A stretch of 64,000 bases of DNA from Fimbriosthenelais zetlandica (Eukaryota): positions 6,882,001 to 6,946,000 of the forward strand of contig OZ365111.1 of the NCBI GenBank assembly GCA_977030845.1, written 5' to 3'. Position 1 is the first letter of the stretch; each line of letters opens with the position of its first letter. The notes under the pieces were generated by a model. That model saw only the letters and a list, made by a program, of their open reading frames with translations, was not told the DNA's origin and did not search any database. A program made the position numbers and the translations under genes. Shown here piece by piece: positions 51,101-63,844 of this stretch.

Positions 51101-51973
51101 AATTTAACATCAATTCTCGAACATTATCATTATTGCAAGGTATTTGAATACAAAGCCAACTGTTGCCTACTTATTCTCTGGATGGCAGCAAGGATGAATG
51201 ATTCCATTCATATCCAAATAGAGGTTGTCGAATTCCACATCATTGGGATTTGGTTTGCTGGTATCAACAGGTATGTTGATGCCATCGACTTCTTTTGGCT
51301 GAAGAGAAACCAACACATGTCATTAGGTGAGAATAAAATGTGTACCAGTAACGCACTAACGGGCACAAGAAGCTCAAAAACTGACAAAATCGAAGGTCGA
51401 AATGAAAAAGCTATGATTCAAATTAATTATTGGAGACAACTGTCTCCCACAGTGCCACCCTTCCAAGGCTTCCTAAGATAGGGTTTTCTGTGAAGCCTCC
51501 AAGTAGATTCAAGGGGAATACGGGCATTACAAAACCTTTCCTACCAATTAAATAGGATTAAAATACGAATATTATCCAATACACAATGTGAATACCGGCA
51601 TATGTCTACGGTGTCAATAAAAAAATTCAATTGGGCCTAGATAGGCCTCCCCTAGCAGGCTAAGACACACACCTAGATTCATTGTTTCCTTTCAACAAAT
51701 TATCTGGGATGTTGGGAGGTGCTACATGAGGGACCAAATGACGATCATAGACTTGAAAATTATGTCAAGAAAAATTTAAAACATTGAAACTGGAAGCGTG
51801 GGCCAGGACAAGTGCGTGGTCTGAAGCGAGGCTGATGCAGTGATGGTCGAAAGAAAAGGTTACCGCGCGGTTACTATAAAAATCATTGGTTAACTTACCT
51901 TCTCTTCCACGCAATGCACAACTAACGAGCAGTATTTCTTACTCAACCAGCGGAAAAATGCCGGAACACCCAT
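42126..51973 (-). CDS. XRN2: 5'-3' exoribonuclease 2 (XRN2/Rat1), spliced; at least 30 coding exons; 3' terminal exon not identified
   Basis: Exon 1 (51973-51899) [25 protein letters not shown]; exon 2 (51298-51171) [21 protein letters not shown]; exon 3 (50928-50817) LLYMAIDGV; then [154 protein letters not shown] and a Gly-rich exon (42291-42126). GT-AG junctions with consistent phases wherever checked. Confidence 0.97.
43924..44179. repeat. ~60-bp minisatellite (4 units plus a partial) in an XRN2 intron
   Basis: CACAGAGGCGCCATC...TTTCCTGCATTGGT...GGCAAGG recurs at 43924, 43984, 44044, 44101 and 44161. Confidence 0.92.
45920..46228 (-). mobile_element. tRNA-derived SINE (mollusc-type, probably Meta/MESC-core class) in an XRN2 intron
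   Basis: Minus-strand head CACCACTTTGGTGTAGTGGTTAGGGTGTCTGCC...GGTTCAAACC (A and B boxes); core GCTTGGCACTCAGC...GGACTGGTCAACCCGGTGTCAGTATAATGTGACTG and a 3' region resembling SINEs I recall from molluscan genomes. Family assignment is from memory. Confidence 0.75.
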
Positions 51974-52176
51974 TATGTATGTGAATCTGGTCGCATATAA
52001 ATCCAAAACAACGCGGCCTCCTCAGGTGCAGGTGGCCGACGGAAGTAATTTTCCGGAAGTAAGACACCGGAAGAGTAGATTTTGTAACAAGAGTTGTGAT
52101 TGGCCGAGGCTCTGGCGGAGAAAAATATTGACCAATGAAAAGGCTTCTCTCAAACAAAGTTCCAGAAAGGTTAAAC
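51974..52176. promoter_or_regulatory. Bidirectional CpG-rich promoter shared by XRN2 and the HEAT-repeat gene
   Basis: Only 203 bp between the divergent ATGs; three ETS cores (ACGGAAGT 52039, CCGGAAGT 52053, CCGGAAGA 52067); opposed CCAAT boxes (ATTGG 52099, CCAAT 52132); YY1-like AACATGGCGG over the plus-strand ATG. Confidence 0.8.
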
Positions 52177-55100
52177 ATGGCGGACCAAATCCTTCAACAG
52201 CTCACGAGCTCAGCAAAAATTGAAAGAGATCGCGGTGTTTTGGATCTTCAAAGGTTCCTGAATGGGGCACAAAGCTCGGATATCCAGCAAATCGAGTCCC
52301 AGTTAATTTGTTGGATGAGAGATGGCGAGGTTCCATGGGAAACCGTGCACGGAGCGTTGATGGGGAGCGCGGCTCTCATCACTCATGAGGCTGCTCTTCA
52401 CGCGGAAGATTTTGCGCGTGATGTTCAGGAACAAGCGATCAAATTACTGGAGCATAAGGAATCAAGAATACGTCTGGCAGCAGGTAAAACTAGTATGATC
52501 TGTAAAGAAATCAGGCTTATTCAGCCCATGTAATGTCCTCATTCATGTCGAGATATAGCAGGCCATGTCACATGCCTGATGCCATGATAATGTTGATAGA
52601 TAGGCCCTATAAAAAATTATGAGTCATGGCCATATCTGGTACCTGTCCTGCTTGGCAGAGTTCTATATGTACTGAGCTATTGATTTATATTTACCTTCAC
52701 CAGGTAGATTTCTTTTTATGCCAAGGCCCCATGCTTTATCTTAAGGATCCATACCAATTTCAATTTGACCTCGAGCAGAATTTACTGAAGAATCAGGACT
52801 AGCCTAAATTCCCTAATTAACTGGGTCTGGGACAAGTTAGTCTTGGATGTACAATAACCTATATTTGATGTATTCATATTTGCAGTTCTTTTATGAGGTC
52901 ATTTTTGGAGCATTTTTTCAATAAAACCCCTTCTTGACCAACAATAATTGGCGTCTTGCTAGTAGGCCTAAAATAATAGCTCAACAAACTGTTTCTTTCC
53001 CACAAAATAAAGGTGAATTGATGGGAGAGTTGTGTGTCAAGCATGGACCCAGTCTCTATGCAAGCTGCCGAGAAAAAGTTATACAAGGCGTGAGGAGTAA
53101 TCTGGAGAGGCAGCCCCTGGACGAAGCTGGTCAGGCTGAGAAAGAACAGGCGGACAAACTGCGTGAAAAACTCTCTTCTAGTCCTACCTCCGGTACTGGC
53201 AGGGAACGGGTGAGTAAACGCAGAAATTAAAAAAAAAAAAACAATACCCGGTACAATTTTTTTTTTTTTAAAGTGCATAAATAGGCCTACCGTATACACA
53301 TGCCTACATACAGTAATGACAAAATTATTGTGTATTGTATTTTATCCATCAATCTTTGTAATTCTACAGTGACTGAGTCTGTTCATTATCTGTATTTTCT
53401 TTCTTAACAGCGAAGCTCAAGTTCTGAGGACATCTTCCATGACACGGCTGGTTGGAAGTCTTTAGAGACATGGATGAAGTAAGTTGACATTCAGAGAATC
53501 TGGAAATATGCATCTCACATAATGAATACCAGACTAAACTAATGTCTATATAAAAAATTGGAAATTTGACAATTCTTTACTAAAGTCTTTACTAGATTCT
53601 TCATTCGCATTAATATCATTCTCTTCAGTTATATGAAATATAAATAGGTTATTAAATATCTTCTGATATCTTCATCTCCTGATTTAGATGCCTGCAGTCT
53701 ATGATTGAAGGATGTGGATCTGGCTTCAATCAATACATTGATCAGGAACTCTTGGATCTTATCTTCACAAGTCTGACTCATACAAATAGATTCGTCAGAG
53801 AAACTGGCTATTTTGTTTGTGCTGCGCTGGTTAGTTGTAACACAAAAGAAGGTAGGTTCATTCAATATTCTTTCTCCTATTCAGTGTCCATCCTGAGTAA
53901 ACCAGATTTTTAGGGGAAAAAACCCCGCTTAATTTAATATTGAAAGTCTGAAGAAGATGGGTTTATTCAATATTTTTTCTCCCATTAAGCAAGTATGCCT
54001 CCTAATAGATTTAAACCGCTTAATTTAAATTTTAATATTGAAAAAATCATTCCTCTTTTACAGGGCAATAAAAGAATGAGTTACTAGGCTTGTGAATACA
54101 TGTACACAGACGTATACTTTTGTGTCTGTGATGTAACGAAAACCTAAATGTTATAGACCATCAGTATAATCCAAATAAAAATAATATTATACGGTATCAG
54201 TACCAGATATTTTGAAATTCTGACAATGTGTGAGGATAATTAGCTTGGCTTTTTTTCCATTATTTTTAAAAACTCATCCCTATATATTTGTTTAAGGTGA
54301 AGTTATTGCTGACCTGGGAGATGATAATGCCATTTTTCGTCACGGAGAGGCCTTTGCGGAGCACGTGTCTCGAGGTCTGGCTGACAACTGGAGTCAAGTC
54401 CGCCTGGCTGCTTCAGTAGCTGGACGTAAATTCATCCTGGGTCTCCCTGAACCAGTCAGACACAAATACTTCCCACAGCTCCTACCTCCTCTCTGTCTCA
54501 ACAGGTTAGCATCACAAAAAAATTCTTTGACAGATGTTTAAAAATTATTATAGAACCATACACCGTCAAGTGACGGTCTCTGATAGAACTTAAGTTTGGA
54601 AAAACGGCTCAAAATTCGATAGATTTTTTTTTAGCCAATTCCGATAATCGAATCTGATCATTCCTACTCTTGGTAGTACTTCTGTTATTTTAGAAAGATA
54701 TTGGTAATTTTTAATTTTCTATATCTTAGATCGGATAGGAAGTTCAGAACATTAGCATTGAAAATGACACAAATGAGCATGTAATATTATTTTGTTTTGT
54801 CAGATATTACGTGGCGGAGGGTGTGAGAATATACAATCAGGACACATGGAGAATGGTGACGGGTGGTGATGGGCGTCACGCTGTGGAAACATACATCGAC
54901 GATGTGGTAGGCCTTTCATATCATTACTCAGGGGAAAAAATGAGAAAATATTTGCTAAAGAGTCCATATTTTAAAAATCATATCAGTTCCAGATATTTTT
55001 GCAACAGAATTGGTGATGATATTTAGTGTTGACATATGTTTTGGACAATTTTTAATTTGGCAGCGTTTTTAACATTTTAAATTTTTTTCAGGTTAAATTT

Positions 55101-57553
55101 TACGTCAGTCAGACAGAGGCAGATAACCACGCGGTGAGAGAGGCAGCCTGCGCTTGTATCGCTGAACTTGGTTCTAAGGTTGGTGACCATCTATTTCATG
55201 TAGAACAAGATTTAAAATCATGCAGCACTTTAAATACATTACTTTGTATCTCGTTAATTCCAACATCATTTTCTTACCTTCAGATTGACAGAGATATTGT
55301 TCGACCTCATGTACCTCTGCTGCTAGATGCGCTCCTTGTATGTTTCAAGGACGAGAGTTGGCCAGTCAGAGATGGTGAGAATTCTTTAAATATTTCCTCA
55401 TTGAATCTGAAAATCTGTATTAATTCTCGAATGAAATTATTATACTATTTCTTTCTAATTTCAGCTTCATGCGTTGCCTGTGGAAACTTCATTCTATGCT
55501 TCCCAGAAGAGTCGAAGTATGTGAAATTCGTGTTAAAAATACCTTACATATGAAACATTCCATTGCAAAAAATTCTTAAATGTAACCTTTCTTTTAAAGT
55601 TGTTATACGTTACTAAGTCCTCCTTAAAACAGGCGAAAAACATATTAGTTGTTAAATAGTAATAAATATAAATTGGATTAAATTCAATAGTACCTCTATT
55701 ATATTTCTGTAATTTAAATACATCTACGAGTTATTAGACATAGGGTACATCTTAACTTAAGAAATTGTACTTTTATTTTTACAGACCTGTTTTGGAAGAA
55801 CTCTATCCCCTCTTCTTTGAAAATCTCCAGGACAACATTCCGTCAGTGAGACAGGGGGCAGCTATGGCTTTAGCTAATGTGGTCAGAGCTTATGGTAAGT
55901 TCATATAGTGTGATTTAAAATTGTAGAAAACATTTTTTGAGTTGTCGTCGCATTGAAGTCGGGAGCTGCCTCTTTTTCTTGTTATTAAAATTAAATATAT
56001 AACTTATGGTAGACTTTCATAGCCAGATCTGTGAAAGTTTAAAATGTTTTTATACCATTCACAGGACAGGAGGCTGCTACATTTGTGATGGGCAAGATGG
56101 AGGAGGGACTGAGTGGAGTAGAGAAACAACCAGAGAATACAGAAAAATACAGCAACATGGAGAAAGGCCCAGCTACGTATGGTGTGGTGAAACAACTCCG
56201 AGATAACGACTTGGAACTACACAGTAACCAACAGGTAGGCCAATACAGATAAAATAAAATTATAAATTAAAAAAAATCACTTCTAGCCTACATTGGAACA
56301 CAGTAACCGACTGGTTGGACAATACAGATAAAATAAAATTTAAAAAAACTCAATGCATTCAAGTTTCTATGATCGCTACATGTTAATGGCTGTTTATCGA
56401 AATTTAATTTTGAAGTTCTCCGGCTTAATCCTGATTTTAAAAAAACATTTGTTAAACATTTCAGATGTATTCCTGTGGATCATTAGCTCCCAAAATGCAC
56501 AGAGGGAAGCGTGGAGGAGGCTGTATGGACCATCAATTCAAGAGACAACCAGAACCATGGGAGATGACAGATGGGTAGGTCAGGATTTCAACAACTTATG
56601 TAAAAATAAAAATCATTAATTATATATCTATTAAATAGGCATTGATAAACATAATATTTTAATTTTCAGTTGTTTTCACCTGGTCGCCGAACTCTCGCAA
56701 GTTCAAGAGCTTGGCCAACAAGTTGGAAAACATCTGCCCCTAGTTGCCAAAGCTGCAGGTTTTAAGCACTACACGCAACATGTTAATTTACTGGAGACAT
56801 TGTGCAAACAGGTTAGGAATTTAGATTATCATTTCCTAAAAAAAATTGTCATAAAACTAGTTTGTTGCAAATTCTGATAAAATCAACTTAATTTACCCAT
56901 ACTCTATTTCCCAGCTTCCGATAATTGCAAAGGGCCTGGGAAAAAGGAATTTCAAGATGCACCTCGAATTGTTCTTGGATGCAATCTTTTATGCATTGGT
57001 GAGTACTGTTACATGTATGTAATTCAAATTTTAAGTGATATAATATTTTTCCATATTTCACTCCTCCTACATATCATTCTTTGTCAATTTTTTGGAACTG
57101 TTTTAATCTTTCTTTCATAAACCAGGCATGTGATAATGCACTAACCAGTACAGCAGCCAGTCAGTGTCTCAATCATCTTGCGGCCTTCATTGGTCCCAAT
57201 ATACTTCGTGGTCGGGTGGAACAGTATAATCCTCGGTAAGGCAATTTCATATTTTGGCAACTTCATATTCTCCAAAAGAGTGATAAATAAAAATAAGTAA
57301 TCCGTAAAACTAATGAATTCATTCGGGCCTCAGATTGACTGAAAGGGTGAGCTCCTACCGAGGGCAGAAAGAGTCCAAGGAGGGAAGGGAATATTGAGCG
57401 TTTCCTAATTCAAAATAATATTTAATATTATACTACATACAGTATAGAATTTTGACCAACTTACAAGTGTCTCCTGGTAAAATATCATTTACTAAACTGT
57501 CTTGCAGCTATTTGGATGCATTGGGAGCCAACCAGTTCACAGCCCCTTTATAG
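52177..57553 (+). CDS. Uncharacterised HEAT/ARM-repeat protein, 16 exons, 682 aa
   Basis: Exons 52177-52483, 53013-53209, 53411-53478, 53688-53851, 54297-54504, 54804-54906, 55092-55178, 55284-55374, 55465-55516, 55785-55894, 56065-56234, 56465-56574, 56670-56811, 56915-56998, 57126-57235, 57508-57553; total 2049 nt, in frame, all GT-AG. HEAT signatures: HKESRIRLAAG, HTNRFVRETG, DNWSQVRLAASVA, DNHAVREAACAC, DESWPVRDASC, DNIPSVRQGAA. Confidence 0.9.
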
Positions 57554-59554
57554 TGGTTCCAAGATTTCAAGGACTACCAAGACTTACTTACCACCCATAC
57601 GGATAGCGCAGAGAACAAGATTTTCAACCTTTACTTCACTTCTTGAGGGCGTTATTGTTTAAGTATTGTCATGCATTGTCACACAACTGTTCTTGTAATC
57701 GAAGTATCGGAAACGCTATTGCTATGATGGGTTAAATTTGTGTTATATGAAAACATACTATGTTAGTTATAAGTTAGTGGCACTTGTGATATTCTATAGG
57801 CTTAACACTACCTATAATTCCGGATGGGTAAGCAGGTTCTCTGAATGAATTGCCAAAATATTCGTGGCTGGTTTAATTTTGTATGAAATGTTTGAAGTTT
57901 CAATAGACTCCTTCACCTTCACGCGACACAGGGCTGGTACCTATATTTGTAAAGTAAGCCTACCATAATGTTGCTAGTGGAAATAATACATTTTATCCGG
58001 TGAATTTGTGGGGAGGGGATATGTTCTTAAGGCTTGACATTGAAGCAGATTTTATAAAGATTGAATTTAATAGATAATGCATGTATATTCATTTTCTATT
58101 ATATTAGGCCTACCAACTCATTATTTAACAAATATCTATGAGAAAATCTATCAAATGAGTACTAGGGAATCAGGAGTTTTCAAAAATGCCTAAAATCTGG
58201 TCATAATACAGATCCAGGTGAAGAAAAGTATTTCATTTAGCATAATAAGATTTTCCAGTTTTACTTACCCTAGTTACCAATTGATTTAGATAGTCCTTAG
58301 CTAGAACCAACATCGATCTAGCAATTTATTACCGTAATATAATGGATATCTAATATAAATATATGCAGGTGAGAGTTTAAGAAAGGCGCCTATTTCCTGT
58401 ATGAGACAGACTAGATCTTCCATGATATTAACTTATGCACTTATCTCGGTTAACTGTTCGATATAAAAATGCTAAATATAAAAAAAACAAAAAAAAACAC
58501 AAGACATATCAGTCTAGCTCAGTGTATAAAAGTTGTGAACGCACACAAATATTTGAGTCATGGAAAGTAGCAGATATTGCAATGAAGGTAAAGGTTCTGG
58601 AGCCCTTGGAGCATTTTAAAATACGCACTCATTGACTTTATGTTGTAATAAGAAACATGTCATAGATGTGATCAGTCTAAGATTTATTACTACACAACAG
58701 GATGTAATGACATAAACTATGTTTGTAATCTTATTGTAAAACATCGATCTTTAGTCAGTTTGATCTCTTAGTAAGTTGTCTTCACAAGTATGATTTATGA
58801 AAGACATTTTTCAATGGTGGTATCCAACCTATTAAATCCTGAAGAGATGATATAAGTATGTACCTTAAAGAATTATTATATTTAACAGATTTGTTTGTAA
58901 GTTGAATCTTCAATAAACGTTGTAGATTGAGATACATGCTTAGTTAATAATTATCGAATCAATACATTGACTAAGTAGACTAAAGAGACTAGGGTTAGGA
59001 TACATAGGTTAGGCTCGAAATATAACTGAAAATATAGTAGTGTATAATCTTAGCAACAGTTTCTAGTTCAAAGAAATATCTTTGTATAATTAGAGATGAC
59101 TAGAGTGGCAACTATTACAAGATGCCTATAAAGTATTATAAACAAATGTTTAAGCTTATACCCTAGTACATAAATACCTTCAATGCTGAAATGCTCCTAC
59201 ACTATCTTCACACAATATTTCATGTCCATTCTGAGAAAATGGATGTAGCAAGTGTTCGTGAAATTACTCATCCTTATATGATCCTAAGCCCTTTAAGTCA
59301 CAGGATGAAGTGATTATTTTTGGTTCTTCTTTAAGTACGAAGGAATGTCAGATTATTTCAAATTCATTTTTTTCAAGTCTTCATTTCTTGATATTTCCAT
59401 ATTGGAATTAAATGGATTGTACATTAAGGTATTGCAAGACTATGAATAATTCCCATTGAAAGTTAGTGACTGGTGACCAGTAGTATTTCATCCCCTTCAC
59501 CAGGGGCATGCCACCTTTGAAACTATATTCACTGGTCTTTCTCACTCCATAAAC

Positions 59555-62500
59555 TCAGTCAAAATATTCATCCTCATCTTCATCCTCGTCGAAGGGATTT
59601 GTTGATTTCTTTTCCTTATCAAATGGATTGGACATATTTGCTGCCTTTTGTTCTATTTTGCCGGGCATGCCAGTGGGAGCTGATCCAGTTGTAGCCAGCA
59701 CTGGGCTTCCAGAAGATACCTGTTTCACAAGGTTAGCAGCTGCGGATTTTCTCAATGCTTCACTTGCCTGAGGTGGAATTTCCTTAAGAGGAGGTGGTTC
59801 CTTGGATTTCGGGGCTGCTACCACTGCAGGCCCAGTGTCAGTCCCTGCAGATTTTGTCTTGTCACTTTTGGTCTTGGGAGAAACTGTTGGTGATTTTTTG
59901 TCAGCACTATCTCTGTAGTCTTTGTCTCGATCATAATCCCTTGAGGGTTCTCTCCTATACTCTCTGTCTCTTTCCCGTGGATAGTCCCTGTCCTTATGTC
60001 TATCTCTGTCTCTGTCATAATCTCTGCCTCTGTCCCTGTCATAATCTCTATCCCTATCCCTGTCATAATCCCTGTCTCTATCTCTATCCCTGTCTCTATT
60101 TCTATCGTAATCCCCATCTCTCTCATAATCTCTGTCTCTGCTGGATCCTCTCCGTCTGTCCCTATCCTCATACCTGTCCTCCCTCCTATATCTCTCCCTA
60201 TCATAATCCTCCCTGGGTCTCTCTTCCCTCCCTCTCTCATACTCATCTCTGTCGCGGTCATATCTGGGACTTTCTGGTCGTGTCTCATATCTCTCCTCAC
60301 TATCCGTCTTTTCATAACGTTGTTTTTTCCGCCCGGTACGGTCCAGGAATTGATCAGGCCGTTGGTCTCCGTCGCTGCGGTTTGATCCGCTCCTGGGCCG
60401 GCTCAGTGAGTCCCTCTGGCGGGGCTGGACGGTAGCGGGGAGGGTATGGGTAGCGTGGTACCCCGGGGGAGCACCATCTTTCCCCACCTGGACGTGATGG
60501 GGAACCATGCTGGTCCTAGGGGTACCAGTTTGTACATACGCATCTTTACGTCTCGTCCGCGTGACACATTTCGATTCTTTGAATGATTTGGTGAAGTAAA
60601 ATCCACCCGCCACGATTAAAAAGAGACCTGTGGAAAGAATGGAGAATAAAATCATCTCATTGGTAAATTACCCATGTATACCTATTCCAGCTAGCTCCAA
60701 CATCAGCTAGCTCAAAAAAATTGATTTCATTTCGTGTAGCTTACATTTAATGATTTAATGATCATATTTCTCAACGAATCATACTTTTGTAATATACTTT
60801 TTTGTTGAGTTTCGATCAATTGCCCTTAGCCTCATGGTATTGATAGCCATGTTATTGGGAAATATCTAAATAATATTAATTAACTTTTAAAGGGATTCTA
60901 GCATGAGTCATTTCCGAAATTTGAAGTTGGTCCGAGCGCGCGCCTGCCACCTAGCGTGATTTTTTTGAATTGCAGTAGCCTACCTCGCCTGGATATTTTA
61001 AAGATTGAAAAATAAAATAATTATCTTTAGTTTGCTCACCCACTACGCATGTTTCAACAGTGAAAAGTGCCTGCAGAAAACATGGAACAGCAAAGAGAAC
61101 ATAAAGAACAGTTTTCCTCCAGTTGTCAATCCAGACAAGGAACCTCCAGAACGTGCAGCAACAGCCATCCTGACGCCTATAAAAACAAAATTAATGTTCA
61201 TTTTAATTTAAACGCAGTTTATATAACGTGTCAAAAGGGAGTTATTAACATACCGAATATAAATAAATTGTACATGTAGGTTTAAGTGACAGGGAAAAAA
61301 CATGAAAATTGTATTTTTATAATTATAATTATCACAATTACACAGTTAAATTCACTTTTAACCCTTTCGGGGCGGGCAATGATTTAAGGCTTCTAATCAG
61401 TGGACGGCGACTACATTAATGGTGCCATGCTATAGGACGGCGAATGTATTTATGCATTTTTATCTGTTTTTGATCAATATAGAATGGGAAATTTGCAATA
61501 TTTTGGTGAAAATCCTGCCTCAAAATTCCGAGTAGAAGCAGAGATACAGCCCTCTAGATTTGGTAATCGCAACTTTGTTCTGTAATAGGGATTTCCCTGG
61601 GGTATGAGATATTTAAACGAAAAAGGAGCCTAAAGTTGGGAAATATAATTTTAGGAAAATGAATAATATATAATGTAATCTTTCACTATTTCCTTATTTC
61701 TGATCCAATTTCTACAAAATAAATTTTCTTCGGAAGGTCAAATTATTTTCTTCGGGAATGTAATGATATTTCAGTATTTCACTTTTTGACCGTTTCCATG
61801 GTAACCATCAAATGCACGAACCTTTTATTTTACTGAAAATCCTGTTGCCATGGCAACGAAAATCCCCAATTATATAAATGATTTTTTTGGCAAAAAAATA
61901 ATATCTTTGAATTGTCTGGAAAAAATCATTGAAGGGGCTTTTTTAAGATGTTTTTTGTCACTTTTTTTTTTTTTTCAGTTTTCCCGTAAATATTATGATA
62001 AAGGCTGCTAAAATTTTGTAAAATTTCTTGAATTTCATAGAGCCATAGCTTTTTGAAGGAATATGGCACTGATATACTAGCTACCTTGTTAGATTGAGTG
62101 CATCAAGCTGAATACAAATATAGCTGATATTAGAGTGGAAGAAATGTTTGTAAGGGTTACTCAGTGTGTCAAAAACATGACAAAATGCATAACGGTGAAT
62201 GCATTTATGCATTCCCCGTCCATAGCGGCGGATGCATTTATGCATTCACCGTCCATAGCGGCGGATGCATTTATGCATTCGTCGCCGCGATAGGGTTAAA
62301 AATACAAGTTTTATTTATTTGAGAATAAGGCCTATATATTATGTCAGTAGGTCAGGTGGTTAGTACCGTAGTTAGTTCAAACCATTAAGTTTTTCTTGAG
62401 CAATTAGGCAATTTATCTATAATAATATTAATTTAATATGAACAGAGATGGAAAGACTATATCGTGATGTGCAGGAAGGTGAATTTAGCTCGTCATAAAT

Positions 62501-63844
62501 ATTGTAGATAGCAAAAGCCGACCATGCCACACTCTCTTATTATCACAATTATATAAGTGTCCCACTTAAAGTAATTCGTATCCCCGACTCTTTCCCCACC
62601 GTTCCCACGTTCCCATGATCTTAGACTTGCAGCACTTTGAATATGGTATGTGAAGTTTTTGCATGCGGATATTCAGATGTCTTTACTAGTGCATGTGTCA
62701 GCATGTATAATGTGAGGTATGCATTAATTTTAATGTTTACTCGATGAAACTTATGAATCATTCTTGTAACAGGGTGACCGGTATAGGTAAAGAAAGGCAT
62801 TCAAACAGACTTAGTTCTAAGCACATTTTCTGGGAATATCAGTTTGGTGTTAGTTGTAGGATTAATAGTAGAGTAGACTGCTAGGCTTAATTAATTTGTT
62901 GTGATCTGGTTATCTTAAGTTTCAAAATCTTATATCATCAGGGCTAATCAATATGAAAAATCAGTATGTACCAATCATGGCAGCAACACTTGTGATTACT
63001 GCAAGAAAAAACATGATCAAGGAACTGAGGTGAAATAACTATCTGACCATTATAGCGCTCGTTATGGAAGAATCTATGAAACATAACAATCATGTTGCAA
63101 AAACAATAATCAAGAACTGAAGATTGGCCTTTCCTACATTATATATAACAGTATTTACACATATGTACTGAATTGGTGAGTAATCAAAAATTATAAAATA
63201 TTACTTACATGCAGGATATGACACATTTGTTGATGATCCAGATGATTTCAAAGAACGTTGTTAAAATTGATATCGTCCTGAAAAGTTAAGGTACATCGGC
63301 GAGTCAAATTCAATTCATTTTTAAAATATTTACAAAGAGAATTTTTACTAAAATGTTAAATAAAACGAGGTTATACTCACAGAATATACCAAGGTGAATA
63401 TTTGTGCTCAGACAACTTATGGAGTAAAATTCCAGTGAGAAGCCACATTACTGAAAACAATATATTTTGGTCAGTCATTTTGAGTTTAAATAAAACAGCT
63501 AAGAGGTCATATCGAAATTGATTTTAAATAAAGAATTGAAAGAAGTAATAATCGAATATTGCAATATTCAATATTGTAATAATTTAGTTGACAATTACTC
63601 AATATTGTAATAATTTAGATGACAATTTGAAACTAAAAAATTTACCACAGACGAGGAGTATGCCCACAGTCCGGGAGAGGGCGGTAATGTAGCGGATGAT
63701 ACAGGGAGTGTACTTCTCTTCTGCCCCCACAGACTCCCTCTCCACGTCATGGTGGTCATAACCATTATAGGGAGGGGGCTGATTTTTAATTGGGAGTGGG
63801 GTCGAGTCCCCCTCATCCTCCAGCCCACCCCTCCTCACTGGCAT
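59555..63844 (-). CDS. TMEM72/Flower(CACFD1)-like four-transmembrane protein with a long RD-repeat cytoplasmic tail, 5 exons, ~515 aa
   Basis: Exons 63844-63646, 63450-63381, 63277-63209, 61176-61040, 60627-59555, in frame, GT-AG. TM segments SRTVGILLVCVMWLLTGILL, WYILTISILTTFFEIIWII, WIDNWRKTVLYVLFAVPCFL, CVVGLFLIVAGGFYF resemble TMEM72 in spacing and motifs. Orthology not verified, so no symbol is given. Confidence 0.78.
61362..62295. mobile_element. piggyBac-type MITE in intron 3 of the TMEM72-like gene
   Basis: TTAA on both sides (61358-61361, 62296-62299); CCCT...AGGG ends with imperfect TIR (CCCTTTCGGGGCG vs CCCTATCGCGGCG); 33-bp internal tandem repeat at 62201, 62234 and 62267; no ORF. 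Confidence 0.8.

Noticed and set aside
52135-52176. Upstream ATG extending the HEAT protein by 14 aa
   Set aside because: It overlaps the CCAAT box in the promoter; ATG 52177 has the better context (AACATGG).
59794-60435. 213-aa plus-strand ORF and the other overlapping ORFs here
   Set aside because: These are antisense or alternate-frame shadows of the low-complexity RD-repeat exon.
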